The position numbers were made by a program, and so were the translations under genes. A DNA stretch of 64,000 nt from Myxococcota bacterium (GTDB lineage Bacteria; Myxococcota; XYA12-FULL-58-9; JALHOP01). Under the pieces are notes generated by a model. That model searched no databases. It saw only the letters and a program-made list of their open reading frames with translations, and was not told the DNA's origin. Position 1 is the first letter of the stretch, and every line of letters begins with the position of its first letter. Shown piece after piece: positions 19,753 through 29,105 of this stretch. The stretch is from positions 63,725 to 127,724 of the forward strand of contig JBGGMJ010000211.1 in assembly GCA_041288095.1 (NCBI GenBank), read 5' to 3'.

Positions 19753-22365
19753 TCAACCGCTCTGCGCGACTCGGTCGGCGATAGTCTTGGCGAACTGGTG
19801 CACGTTCGCCATCGTGCTCATCGAGAGGACCTCATTGGCGTAGAAAATCCCGCCCTCGCCTTGGAGGTTTCGGGCGCGCTCGAAGAACTTCTCCATGCGC
19901 ATGGCGTCGCCGTCGACATGAGGGAAGAACTTCCAGCGTCGGGCTTCGACGAGCTCGACCGAGGTAGCTCCGAGCTTCTCCATGTCGCCACGGATCTTGG
20001 CTACGACATCGGCGTCGCTGAGCTGCTCCGGCGCAAAGAGGTGGAAGATGCAGAGGTCGTCGTCGGGGTAGCGCTTGATCCACGCCATCGGGTGACCGGC
20101 GCGGTCCTCGCGCATGTTTTCGCGCAGGTACCCGACTTCGGCGCGCCCGTCGGCAACGCCCCGCACGCGGCAGGCGAAGGTGCTGTACGGCATGTGCTTG
20201 ACCAGGCCGAAGAGCTGCTGCTGTTCGGGTGGCGCGTCGATGAATTCGAGCGACTGCTTGAGGTCGCAAGCGACGACGACGCGATCGAAGTGTTGCTTGC
20301 CGGCGGCGGTGTGCACGATGGCGGTGCCGTCATCGCGCGACTCCAGGCGCCGCACCGGGGTCGACAGCTTGACGTCGAGGTCCTTGGCGACGCCTTCCCA
20401 GATGGGAGTCGTGCCGTGCTTCCACATGAGGAGCTCGCCGCTGCCGGCGCCGACGATGGTCTGCGGCCCGAGCATGCGCATGCCGAACACCGACGGTGTG
20501 TCGCCGGGGAAACCGTAGCCGTAACCAGTCAGATAGGTATCGAGCGCCGGCGCGAAGGCTTCGAAACCCTGGCGTGAGGCTACGATGCCGAGCGGCTCGG
20601 CGAGGTCTTCGTGGGGCACTTCGAGGCCGTCGCCGGCCTGATTACGAGCCTTGAAGTTCGTGACCATGTAGCGCAGCGCGCCGGCGTAGAACGCGGCCGT
20701 CTCCGAGAACGTGCGCGGTGGTCGGGCTTTGCCGGTCGAGAGGTCGTACTGCACCTGCTGCGGAAAGCTCGTGGTGTGCACGCCGTGCTCTAGGCCCAGC
20801 GCCACGATCCCGTCGTACATGCGTGGCACGCCCATGGTTGCGCCCATGTCGTGCTCGCGTCCGTTGAAGCGGACGGTGAAGCTCTTGCCTCCGACGCGGT
20901 CGTCGGCCTCGAGAACCGTGACGTTGGCGTAGCCCTGGCTGCGCAGATCGTGCGCAACCGAGAGGCCCGAAGGACCGGCGCCGACCACGCAGATCGCTGC
21001 GTTCTTCGCGAGCGGCTCGTCGCGTGGGGGTCGTGGCTTCGCGGCGGCATCGACCGCCTGGGTGTGCGCCTCGACCTCGTCGACACAGGCGCGGATCGCC
21101 GCCACCTGCTCGGGCGTCGCACGCAGGGCGTCGAGCTTGGCGCGGCTCGGCATCTCGCGCACCGGCTTGACGCTCGCGTCCGGTCCGCCTTTGCGGAAAA
21201 CGAACTGGTCGACGTTCATGTGTCCGCTGCGGAAGCCACCGGCGATGCCCAGCAGATACATGTCCTGCATGCGCTTGAATCGGTCGTTGTAGCGCTCGCC
21301 GCGCAGCTCGGGCCAGGCGGCTTCGAAGTTCGCATGCCAGGCGAGCAACGTCTTGTCGTAGCTGTCGGTGATGCGCTGTACGTCCTCGGCCGCCCCGAAC
21401 CAGTCCGCCGCCGCGGTGTCGATCTGCTCGCGCGAGGGACACAGACCGTCGCGGAAGATGTACTCGCCCATCCAGGCGTTGCAGCGCACCTTGCTCTTGG
21501 GCTCGAGGATGGCTTGCAGAGCGAAGCTGCCGCCGGGCTTCAGGCACGCCTGGGCGCATTCGAAGTAGCCGCGGAAGTTCTTGGGACCGACCGCTTCGAT
21601 CATCTCGATGGAGACCACGTGATCGAAGTGGTCCTTGGGGAAGCGCTTCGCGAGGTCGCGATAGTCGCTGTAGATGAACGACACGCCGCCGATGTCCTTC
21701 GAGAGCGCGCGGGCGAGCTTGAGCTGCTCGTTCGAGATGGTGATGCCGACGACCTCGGCGCCGTAGTGCTTGGCGGCGTAGCGGGCAAAGCCGCCGAAGC
21801 CGCAGCCGATGTCGAGGACGCGGTCACCGGGCTTCAACCCCATCTTACGACACAAGAGATCGTGCTTGGCGTTCTGCGCGTCCTCGAGGGTGTAGCCGTC
21901 GGCATAGACGCCGCTGGTGTACGCCAGGGTCGGCCCGAGCATGCGCGCGTAGAGGGGGTTGCCAACGTCGTAGTGTTCCTTGGCGACGTTGGTCGAGCGC
22001 GTGATGGTCTGGCGGTTGAAGAAGATGGCGAGGGCGTCGCGGTAGAGGTGGCGTGCCGCGGCCTCGGCGAGGAGCAACGGCGTCCGCGTGATCACGTCGG
22101 CCGTGAACAGGCGCTCCTTGGCCTTGATGGCGGTGAGCCGCGCGGTCAGCTCGTCGAGCGACTTACAGTCCCAGAGGCCGTCCATGTATGTGACGCCGAG
22201 CTGCATGTCCGGGTCACGGAGGACCCGGGCGTAGAAGCTCGGGTCGTGGACGGTGACGTCCTGAGGTGCGTTGCCGCCGATGCGGACGCCGGCAGCGGCC
22301 AGGAGCTCGGTGACGGTGCGTTGTGCGGGCGAAATAGCGCCCTTACCGACGTGTCCGTTGCTCAT
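19753..22365 (-). CDS. fusion: cyclopropane-fatty-acyl-phospholipid synthase-like SAM methyltransferase plus FAD-dependent PUFA-isomerase-like domain
   Basis: N-half: HYDVGN, LEDAQ, VLDIGCGFGG, GITISNEQ, EMIEAVG, YDKTL. C-half: VVGAGPSG, RVGGKS, MGATMGVP, GYG, W..GT, WKFFPHV, QG..FYANE. Confidence 0.85.
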   Translation of the reverse strand: MSNGHVGKGAISPAQRTVTELLAAAGVRIGGNAPQDVTVHDPSFYARVLRDPDMQLGVTYMDGLWDCKSLDELTARLTAIKAKERLFTADVITRTPLLLAEAAARHLYRDALAIFFNRQTITRSTNVAKEHYDVGNPLYARMLGPTLAYTSGVYADGYTLEDAQNAKHDLLCRKMGLKPGDRVLDIGCGFGGFARYAAKHYGAEVVGITISNEQLKLARALSKDIGGVSFIYSDYRDLAKRFPKDHFDHVVSIEMIEAVGPKNFRGYFECAQACLKPGGSFALQAILEPKSKVRCNAWMGEYIFRDGLCPSREQIDTAAADWFGAAEDVQRITDSYDKTLLAWHANFEAAWPELRGERYNDRFKRMQDMYLLGIAGGFRSGHMNVDQFVFRKGGPDASVKPVREMPSRAKLDALRATPEQVAAIRACVDEVEAHTQAVDAAAKPRPPRDEPLAKNAAICVVGAGPSGLSVAHDLRSQGYANVTVLEADDRVGGKSFTVRFNGREHDMGATMGVPRMYDGIVALGLEHGVHTTSFPQQVQYDLSTGKARPPRTFSETAAFYAGALRYMVTNFKARNQAGDGLEVPHEDLAEPLGIVASRQGFEAFAPALDTYLTGYGYGFPGDTPSVFGMRMLGPQTIVGAGSGELLMWKHGTTPIWEGVAKDLDVKLSTPVRRLESRDDGTAIVHTAAGKQHFDRVVVACDLKQSLEFIDAPPEQQQLFGLVKHMPYSTFACRVRGVADGRAEVGYLRENMREDRAGHPMAWIKRYPDDDLCIFHLFAPEQLSDADVVAKIRGDMEKLGATSVELVEARRWKFFPHVDGDAMRMEKFFERARNLQGEGGIFYANEVLSMSTMANVHQFAKTIADRVAQSG

Positions 22366-22373
22366 GGTCCTAG

Positions 22374-22402
22374 TTTTTCGGCAACCCACCCGCCGGCGGT
22401 GC
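22374..22402 (-). promoter_or_regulatory. putative sigma28-like promoter (GCACC-N16-CCGAAAAA) for the cfa fusion
   Basis: Recurring motif immediately upstream of ATG 22365. Confidence 0.5.
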
Positions 22403-22413
22403 GTGGACCCGCC

Positions 22414-22442
22414 GCACCGCCGCGTACCTTTTGGCCGATAAA
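22414..22442 (+). promoter_or_regulatory. putative sigma28-like promoter (GCACC-N16-CCGATAAA) for the desaturase
   Basis: Contains an exact GCCGATAA at 22434-22441. Confidence 0.6.
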
Positions 22443-23356
22443 TGGTCGTCTTGGTCGCTATCGAGCGAAATTCCCCCGTTCAGACCGCCGGATCGCCGCC
22501 GCCAGGGCCCGAAAGCGCCATTCTGGCACCGACCAAGGCCGCGCCCGCCGCGCTCCCTGATCTGCCCAAGCGCCCGGAATCGTGGGGCCCGTTCCTCTAC
22601 AAGGAGGACCGTCTGCCCACCGCCGTGGTCGCGGCGGGGGTCGCCCTATCGCTCGCGCCCTTCCTGGTGCCGATGAGCGCCGGGACCATCGCCTGTCTCC
22701 TGCCGGTCGCTCTGGCGGCGCGGGTCATGGCCCCGGTGCATCAGCACCACCACGCCCACCTCAAGGTCTTCACCAACCGCTGGCTCAACAAGCTCTACGA
22801 CACCGTGCTCATGCTCGGCGGCGGTAACGTCACGACCGGATGGGAGATGCAGCACTGCCGCGGCCATCACACCCAGTATCTCGACCACGAGAAGGACGTC
22901 GCCGGGTCCATGCGCTTCACGAAGAGTGGTCCGTTCCGGCGGATCATCTACACGGTGCTGGGTGATGCGAGCTCGCTGCGCGATGCCTGGAAGATCGCCG
23001 GCCAGAGCCGCGACCCCGGCAAAGTCCGCCGCCGGCTCGCCGGCGAGGTCGCCCTGCAGGTCGCGGTGAACGGTGCGCTGCTCGCCATCAATCCGCCCCT
23101 GGCGCTTGCGACCATCATCCTGCCCAACGTGCTCCTGCGCTGGATGGTCTTCTGGAAGTCATTCGACCAGCACGACGCCGCGCCGGGCAACGATGTTTAC
23201 GACGGCTCGGTGAACGTCTCGGGGCGCATCCAGGAGCTCTTCCTGAACGTCGGCCACCACACGGCGCATCACAAGAAGCCGACACTCCACTGGTCACGGC
23301 TGCCGGAGCTGACCGACCAGATCAAAGACAAGATCCCCACGGTGCTCATGCGCTAG
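22442..23356 (+). CDS. membrane fatty acid desaturase family protein
   Basis: Three His boxes (HQHHH, HCRGHH, HHTAHH) with hydrophobic segments; start may be TTG at 22451. Confidence 0.88.
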   Translation: MVVLVAIERNSPVQTAGSPPPGPESAILAPTKAAPAALPDLPKRPESWGPFLYKEDRLPTAVVAAGVALSLAPFLVPMSAGTIACLLPVALAARVMAPVHQHHHAHLKVFTNRWLNKLYDTVLMLGGGNVTTGWEMQHCRGHHTQYLDHEKDVAGSMRFTKSGPFRRIIYTVLGDASSLRDAWKIAGQSRDPGKVRRRLAGEVALQVAVNGALLAINPPLALATIILPNVLLRWMVFWKSFDQHDAAPGNDVYDGSVNVSGRIQELFLNVGHHTAHHKKPTLHWSRLPELTDQIKDKIPTVLMR

Positions 23357-24833
23357 ACATCACGCGCCTCACCGTCGCGCGATCGACGAGGCGGATGAAC
23401 CCGACCCCCACGGCAATCAAGGCGAGCCACACCACGACGTCGCCAGCGCGCACATAGACGGTCAACGAGTCGCGCAAGCCGACATCACCGGTGAGCACGG
23501 TTTGCTCACCCAGGGACGTCTGGCCACGCACCCGGCCGCGCGGATCGATGATGGTCGAGATACCGGTGTTGGTCGCGCGGGCCACCCAGCGATCGGTTTC
23601 GACGGCACGCAACACGTACGCGTCGCGGTGCTGGTACGGCCCGCTCGAGGCGCCATACCAGGCGTCGTTGGTGATATTCACGAGCAGACGCGACCCGTGC
23701 AGCGCGAGATTGCGACTGATGGCGGGGAAGATTCCGTCATAGCACACAAGCGCGCCCGCCTGCATGGTGCCGATGGGATCGGTGCGGCGCCCGGCGCTCA
23801 CCTCGCCCAGCTCGGGAACGATCGCGCTGACGGCCAAGAGACGCGCCAGCGGCACGTACTCTCCGAACGGCACCAAGGCGATCTTGTCGTGACGGCCGAG
23901 CACGGTGCCGTCCGGGCCGACCGCGAAAGCGGAGTTCGTCACGACGCTGCCGCCGTCCTCGAAGCGCAGGGTCGCCGCGCCCACGATCATGGGCACCGTG
24001 CCGGTCGCGAACGGGAACAAGGCGATGCGGGGATCGGGCCGGCCGGGCCACGCTGCCTCCGGCCAGACGACGAGCTGCGCGCCCTCGCCTTGCGCGCGCT
24101 TACTCAGCTCCTCGTAGGTCGCACGAATGGTCACGGCATTGTCGAGGTCGCGGTTCTTGATGTCCTGGGCGATGTTGCCCTGCAAGAGCCCCACGCGCAG
24201 CGTCTGCCCATCGGTGCCGGGATAGAACATGCGTATGCCGCCGGCGAGATGAATGAGCGCGACGAGGAGCCCTACCACCGCGCTCGACCAGGGTCGGCCG
24301 CGCATGTCGCCGATAGCCGCGCCACAGAGCGCCACCACCGCGGTGACGGCGTGGCTACCGCCCACGGCGGCAAGCTGCACCAGCGGCAGATCGCGCGCCA
24401 TCGCCCAGCTCCACTCGCCCCAGGGAAACGCGGCGATGACCCAGCCGCGCAACCAATCCACCGTGAGCACCGCCGCCGCGAACGCGAGATACGGGTGCAC
24501 CACGCGCACCGCTAACGCGGACAGTCGGGGAATGAGCGCCCAGTACGCGGCGCAATAGGCCACGAGCAACACCAAGGCAGGCAGCGCTTGCCAGGGCGGC
24601 ATGCCGCCGTAGCGGATCATGGCGATCGACAACCACCAGAGAAGCACCGAGAAGAAGCCGAGCCCCGCGGCGAAAGGCTCTCGTCCGCGATAGAGGTAAG
24701 CGACGCCGGCCAGCAGGAAGACCTCGCGAGGCAGCCACTCGAAGAGCGGCCCATCGCCGAACCCGGGCACGGCGAATGGGAAGGCCAGGGCCGAGAGGGC
24801 TCCGACCATCAAACCGAAGAGAATGCGGGTCAC
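23346..24833 (-). CDS. lnt: apolipoprotein N-acyltransferase
   Basis: FPW, QGNI, VWPEAA, KIALVPFGEYVP, CYDGIF, NITNDAWYG, RATNTGIS; start GTG at 24833. Confidence 0.93.
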   Translation of the reverse strand: MTRILFGLMVGALSALAFPFAVPGFGDGPLFEWLPREVFLLAGVAYLYRGREPFAAGLGFFSVLLWWLSIAMIRYGGMPPWQALPALVLLVAYCAAYWALIPRLSALAVRVVHPYLAFAAAVLTVDWLRGWVIAAFPWGEWSWAMARDLPLVQLAAVGGSHAVTAVVALCGAAIGDMRGRPWSSAVVGLLVALIHLAGGIRMFYPGTDGQTLRVGLLQGNIAQDIKNRDLDNAVTIRATYEELSKRAQGEGAQLVVWPEAAWPGRPDPRIALFPFATGTVPMIVGAATLRFEDGGSVVTNSAFAVGPDGTVLGRHDKIALVPFGEYVPLARLLAVSAIVPELGEVSAGRRTDPIGTMQAGALVCYDGIFPAISRNLALHGSRLLVNITNDAWYGASSGPYQHRDAYVLRAVETDRWVARATNTGISTIIDPRGRVRGQTSLGEQTVLTGDVGLRDSLTVYVRAGDVVVWLALIAVGVGFIRLVDRATVRRVMSSA

Positions 24834-24912
24834 TCCGGGGTGGGTACGCCATTGGCGTGCTCGCTTCCAGCCGTGTGTTACCTTCTTGTGTCCGGAGAGG
24901 GGCCGCTCCGGG

Positions 24913-26685
24913 ATGAAAGGTACCTCTTCGATGCTACTCGCTTGCTTGCGTGGGCGTGCTTGTCGCGGTGGATTCTTGATAGCGGCGTTGACGGTGGCGG
25001 GATGTGACGGTGACGACGGGCGCAATGGCCGCGATGGCGTTGACGGCGTCGACGGCACCAACGGCACGCCTGGCCAGGACGGCAGCGCCGGTTCGAGCTG
25101 CACGACTTCACAGAACGCGGCCGGCGATACCGTCATCAGTTGCACCGACGGCACCAGCGTCACCATCGACGCCAGCGGCAACGTCGTACCGCCGCCGCCC
25201 GTGGGTCTCGATCACCAGGCACAACAGCTGGTGCTGTCGGTCGACGTTCAGGCCGCTTACAACGGCACGACCATGTTCTGGCGCACGCGCTTCAAAGGTA
25301 ACGAGGGCAAGTACCAAGACTATTATCACTTCACGGGCGGTCGCTGGACGCTCGAAGGCCGCTCGCGGCGCGACACGGCGGCCAGCCTGCGCAACCCCAC
25401 CGATCCGCGCCAAGGGGACATCGACCCCGCGGTCGCCAATACGCATGAGTCGCGGATCGCGCTCATGTTCCATGACCCGGCGAACCCCAAGGTCCAGCAC
25501 TTCGAGAAGTACGGCTGCTTCATGACCTGCCATGACCGTCTGCGGCAGATGCCGCGCTGGACCAGCTCCGATGGCGACCGCACCAAATACATTCGCTTCG
25601 ATGACTCGGCGAATTGGTGGGACAAGCCGGTGGAAGCGAGCATCACGGTCGCGGGCACGCCGGTGCTCGACCTCTGGCATTGGCGGGCGCACCGCGGCCA
25701 TTTGATTGGCGCCGCCGACGACCAGACGGTGACCGCTGTCCGCGAGGCCGACAATGCGACGTCCGCGACGGCGGGCGCCGGCCGCAAGAGCGATGCGGGC
25801 ACGGCCGTCGTAAGCACGCAGAACCGCGTCGATGGCGGCGCCGGCACGTGCGTGGGGAGCGGCACTCAGCTCTGCACCGAGTTCGTCCTCGATCCGCTGA
25901 CGACCGGCGGCAAGTTCGTCTTCAAGTGGGAAGACTTCTTCAGAACGCCCTCGTTCTACATGACCACCGAAGCGGATGCGCAGACCGGGCCGCTGGCGCC
26001 GAATCCGACGCGTCTCGCCTGGGCTCAGGCGGTTGCCGGCGGCTACACGCCGAGTGAAGGCGACACCGTTCCCCGCCGCATCCTGCGCGCCGGCTCGGGC
26101 AGCGCCGCCGACATCAAGGACACCGGCACCACCTTCACGCGCCTGTCGCAATACGACGACTATGGCTTGTGGGACGTGCGCATGAGCCGCGCCTTGACCA
26201 CCGCCAACGCCGACGACGTCGACTTCACCGACGGCAACACGTACCACGTCGGCATCTCGTCGCATCTCTGGGAGTACGGCGGTCGCGACCACTATGCATC
26301 GCTCCCCTACTCGGTCGAGCTCACGGGCGCGGACCCCAGCGGCTCTGTCGCCGACATCAAAGCGGTACTCTTCGTGGGTACGACGCCCGATTGGGCGACC
26401 GTGCCGACGTTCCGTGCTTACCTCGTGCAGCCGGGCATCATGTCCTGGGACTTCCTCGTCGGCAATCTCACCGCGGCGACGTACAACGACCCGCTCACGG
26501 GCGACCCCGTCGACAACACACACGAAGGGGCCGACGAAATGCGGGCAGCGACGCACACGTGCGCCGATTGCCACACGGTGACCGAGGCGCAAGACCGCGC
26601 CACGCCGAGCACGGGCGGTTCGCTGGAGAAGACCATGCCGCAGCGCAAAGGCATCTTCTCCCTGACGCCGTTGCCGCCACTGTAA
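24913..26685 (+). CDS. lipoprotein c-type cytochrome with collagen-like repeat and ethylbenzene-dehydrogenase-gamma (EB_dh/DOMON-like) heme domain
   Basis: Lipobox VAGC, G-x-x repeats, VQAAYNG, ESRIALM, GCFMTCH (CxxxCH), DLWHWRAHR, C-terminal CADCH; start 24913 or 24931. Confidence 0.75.
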   Translation: MKGTSSMLLACLRGRACRGGFLIAALTVAGCDGDDGRNGRDGVDGVDGTNGTPGQDGSAGSSCTTSQNAAGDTVISCTDGTSVTIDASGNVVPPPPVGLDHQAQQLVLSVDVQAAYNGTTMFWRTRFKGNEGKYQDYYHFTGGRWTLEGRSRRDTAASLRNPTDPRQGDIDPAVANTHESRIALMFHDPANPKVQHFEKYGCFMTCHDRLRQMPRWTSSDGDRTKYIRFDDSANWWDKPVEASITVAGTPVLDLWHWRAHRGHLIGAADDQTVTAVREADNATSATAGAGRKSDAGTAVVSTQNRVDGGAGTCVGSGTQLCTEFVLDPLTTGGKFVFKWEDFFRTPSFYMTTEADAQTGPLAPNPTRLAWAQAVAGGYTPSEGDTVPRRILRAGSGSAADIKDTGTTFTRLSQYDDYGLWDVRMSRALTTANADDVDFTDGNTYHVGISSHLWEYGGRDHYASLPYSVELTGADPSGSVADIKAVLFVGTTPDWATVPTFRAYLVQPGIMSWDFLVGNLTAATYNDPLTGDPVDNTHEGADEMRAATHTCADCHTVTEAQDRATPSTGGSLEKTMPQRKGIFSLTPLPPL

Positions 26686-26691
26686 GCGACG

Positions 26692-27057
26692 CTAGGCGCC
26701 GAGGACCTTTTTGATGCCGGCGAGCAAGGCGTCGGGCTTGTACGGCTTGACGATCCAGGCCGTCGCGCCGGCGGCCTTACCCCGCTGAGCCGACTCCATG
26801 GCCGCGTCGGTGGTGAGGACGAAGATCGGCGTCTTGGCGTGCGCGGGGATCTGACGCACCTGACGGATCATCTCGAGGCCGTCCATCATGGGCATGTTCA
26901 TGTCGACGATGATGAGATCGATGGCGCTGCGTTGCGCGAGGGTCACGCCGCCGATGCCGTCTTGAGCCTCGACGACACCGAAGCCGCGGCCCTCCAGAAA
27001 AACGCGTAGCTGTTGGCGTACGGTCGCAGAGTCGTCGACCACCATGATCTGTTTCAT
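26692..27057 (-). CDS. stand-alone CheY-like response regulator
   Basis: VVDDS, D-MNMP-MDG, LTT, GATAWIVKP; GGAG SD before ATG 27057. Confidence 0.9.
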   Translation of the reverse strand: MKQIMVVDDSATVRQQLRVFLEGRGFGVVEAQDGIGGVTLAQRSAIDLIIVDMNMPMMDGLEMIRQVRQIPAHAKTPIFVLTTDAAMESAQRGKAAGATAWIVKPYKPDALLAGIKKVLGA

Positions 27058-27064
27058 GAGCTCC

Positions 27065-28162
27065 TCAGGGGCATGACACGAGGTTGGCGATCCATTCGCG
27101 AATGACATCGGCCGAGGGGTCCAACGTAAACGAGCCCAGCGGCGGCATCGTCGTCTCCAGCGGATCGGGCACTTCGGCGATCTCGTGCACCGTCGTCCAG
27201 AGCGGAGAGCCGTTCGGGTTGCGTGGTGTCACCTTGCTGCAAATCGCCGAATCGAGGAGCGACGTATCCCAGCGCATGTCGAGCACACTCGATACCACGG
27301 AGCCGCCCGGTTGATGGCAGTGCGCGCAATTGATGTGCAGATAACTGCGCATGCGCTCGTAGGTAGGCACGGCACTATCGGTGCTCGAAACCAGCGCGGG
27401 CAGCGTCGCTATCGCGGACTCCTCCGGCGGCGTGGTGAACAGGCCTATGTGCCCAATGGCGCGGATCTGGTTGTCGACCACGCCCGCGTAGTCGAAGTCC
27501 ATGTTCATGGTCGGCGTGTGGAGGCCAATCACGGAGCCGGCCTCCGCGGGATGGCACCGCAAGCAGTTGACGCGCGAGGGGAACAGATGCCGATGCGTCC
27601 CGGCCGGTAGATCGTAGGAGCCGACCTCTTGCGTCGCGAGCAGATCGGCATCGCTGCCGTCTTCACGCCAGCGATAGGTGTAGCCCCGCCAACGGTCAGG
27701 GTCGCGCAGGAAAAAGCGTGTCTCGAGCAGCCGTGCGCTGGTGTCGTCGCCGGGCACGACGTTGACGTAGAACTCCTTCATGATGATGGTGCCGACCGGC
27801 ATGATCCACGCGCCCGTCGTCGTGAAGCCGATGGTCGTGCCCGCCGGGATCGCGAAGTAGCGCTTCTTGTGCTCGCCGTCGGTCCACAGATGGATGCGCA
27901 GGTCATACGGGACGAATTCGGCGGCCGGCGTGTGCGCCGCGAGGTTGGCGTAGCAGTTGGTCTGCGAAACCAGCGGCGAGAGTAATGGCGGTTGTCCCGG
28001 TACCGGCGTCTGCACGACGCAGCTCACGGTGTCGACCCGCGCGGTTAGGCCATAAGGCTTGGGGCCGTCGTCATGTGTGTCCTGGTCGGTGTCGCCACCA
28101 CCACCCGGGGAAGGGCTGCAGGCGGCAAGCAAGAGGACCAACGGGCAACACCAACGCTTCAC
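27065..28162 (-). CDS. diheme c-type cytochrome lipoprotein (SO2930-like)
   Basis: Lipobox LAAC, LWTDG.HK.R, PVGT..KEF, LETR, CLRCH and RSYLHINCAHCH, MPPLG. Confidence 0.8.
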   Translation of the reverse strand: MKRWCCPLVLLLAACSPSPGGGGDTDQDTHDDGPKPYGLTARVDTVSCVVQTPVPGQPPLLSPLVSQTNCYANLAAHTPAAEFVPYDLRIHLWTDGEHKKRYFAIPAGTTIGFTTTGAWIMPVGTIIMKEFYVNVVPGDDTSARLLETRFFLRDPDRWRGYTYRWREDGSDADLLATQEVGSYDLPAGTHRHLFPSRVNCLRCHPAEAGSVIGLHTPTMNMDFDYAGVVDNQIRAIGHIGLFTTPPEESAIATLPALVSSTDSAVPTYERMRSYLHINCAHCHQPGGSVVSSVLDMRWDTSLLDSAICSKVTPRNPNGSPLWTTVHEIAEVPDPLETTMPPLGSFTLDPSADVIREWIANLVSCP

Positions 28163-28232
28163 ACCATCTTTGTCGTCGTGCGGCGACTGTTGTGCAAGCT
28201 CGGCGAGCCGCATCGTGGTAATTTCAAGACAC

Positions 28233-29105
28233 GTGTCACTTCCGAAGCAGGCGGTGCTGATCGGGCCCGCGAACGACGTTCGCAAGGCAGTCCAGGAGCG
28301 GCTGGCGGCGCTCGGGTTGCGGTGTGTCGTCGATGAAGGCGGCCGCGCCGAGAGCGTCCTCCGCACCACGCGACGGGTCGTCTTGGTGCTCATCGATGGC
28401 CGTAGCGCCATCGAGAATGTTGCCTGGGTGAAGTGGGCGAAAGACGCACATCCGCAAGCCGCAATCGCTTGGTTGCCGCCGGCGAAGAACGCTCCGGGAG
28501 AGTTGCGTGCGCTGGTCACCAAGGTCATCGACGAGACCCAACCGCAGCCCGTGCTCCGCGCCGCCGAGCTCACCCTCTCTTCCGCCCTCTTCCCACCCAA
28601 GCTCGTCGGAGTGTTGCGCGAGGCGGCCCAGGTAACGTTGCAGGAGCAGTTCAAGGTGACGCTGCCGCCAGCTCCGGCCGAGCTGCGTGGCGACTACGAG
28701 CCGCGTGACGAGGTCGCCGTCGCCGTCGCCTTCAACAGCGCGGCGCTGACTGGACATCTCACGCTGTTCGCTACCGCGGTCATGCTCGAAGAGCTGATGG
28801 TCGACGCCCATCGCACGCGCTCACCGGGTGAGGAGATCGCCGTCGAGCTCGCGAACCTCGTCGCCGGACACATGCGCAGCTTGTTGCTGCGCAGCCTCTC
28901 GGATTTCAGTTACAAAATCCCCGTGCGTTGGTCCGCCTCGAGCCGGGCGAGCATGGGGCCGCCGCCCGCGCTCGTGCTACCCGTGAGCCGCGGCACCCAG
29001 CGGCTCTGGCTCGAGCTGCGGCTCAATCACTTGGACGGGGAAGCGTTGAACCAGGTCAGCGAGCAAACGATTCTGCCAACGGGCTCTCTGAGCTTTCTCG
29101 AATGA
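28233..29105 (+). CDS. degenerate receiver plus CheX-like phosphatase
   Basis: N-terminal receiver-like VVLVLID; C-terminal CheX motif ELANLVAG; start estimated (GTG 28233). Confidence 0.6.
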   Translation: MSLPKQAVLIGPANDVRKAVQERLAALGLRCVVDEGGRAESVLRTTRRVVLVLIDGRSAIENVAWVKWAKDAHPQAAIAWLPPAKNAPGELRALVTKVIDETQPQPVLRAAELTLSSALFPPKLVGVLREAAQVTLQEQFKVTLPPAPAELRGDYEPRDEVAVAVAFNSAALTGHLTLFATAVMLEELMVDAHRTRSPGEEIAVELANLVAGHMRSLLLRSLSDFSYKIPVRWSASSRASMGPPPALVLPVSRGTQRLWLELRLNHLDGEALNQVSEQTILPTGSLSFLE

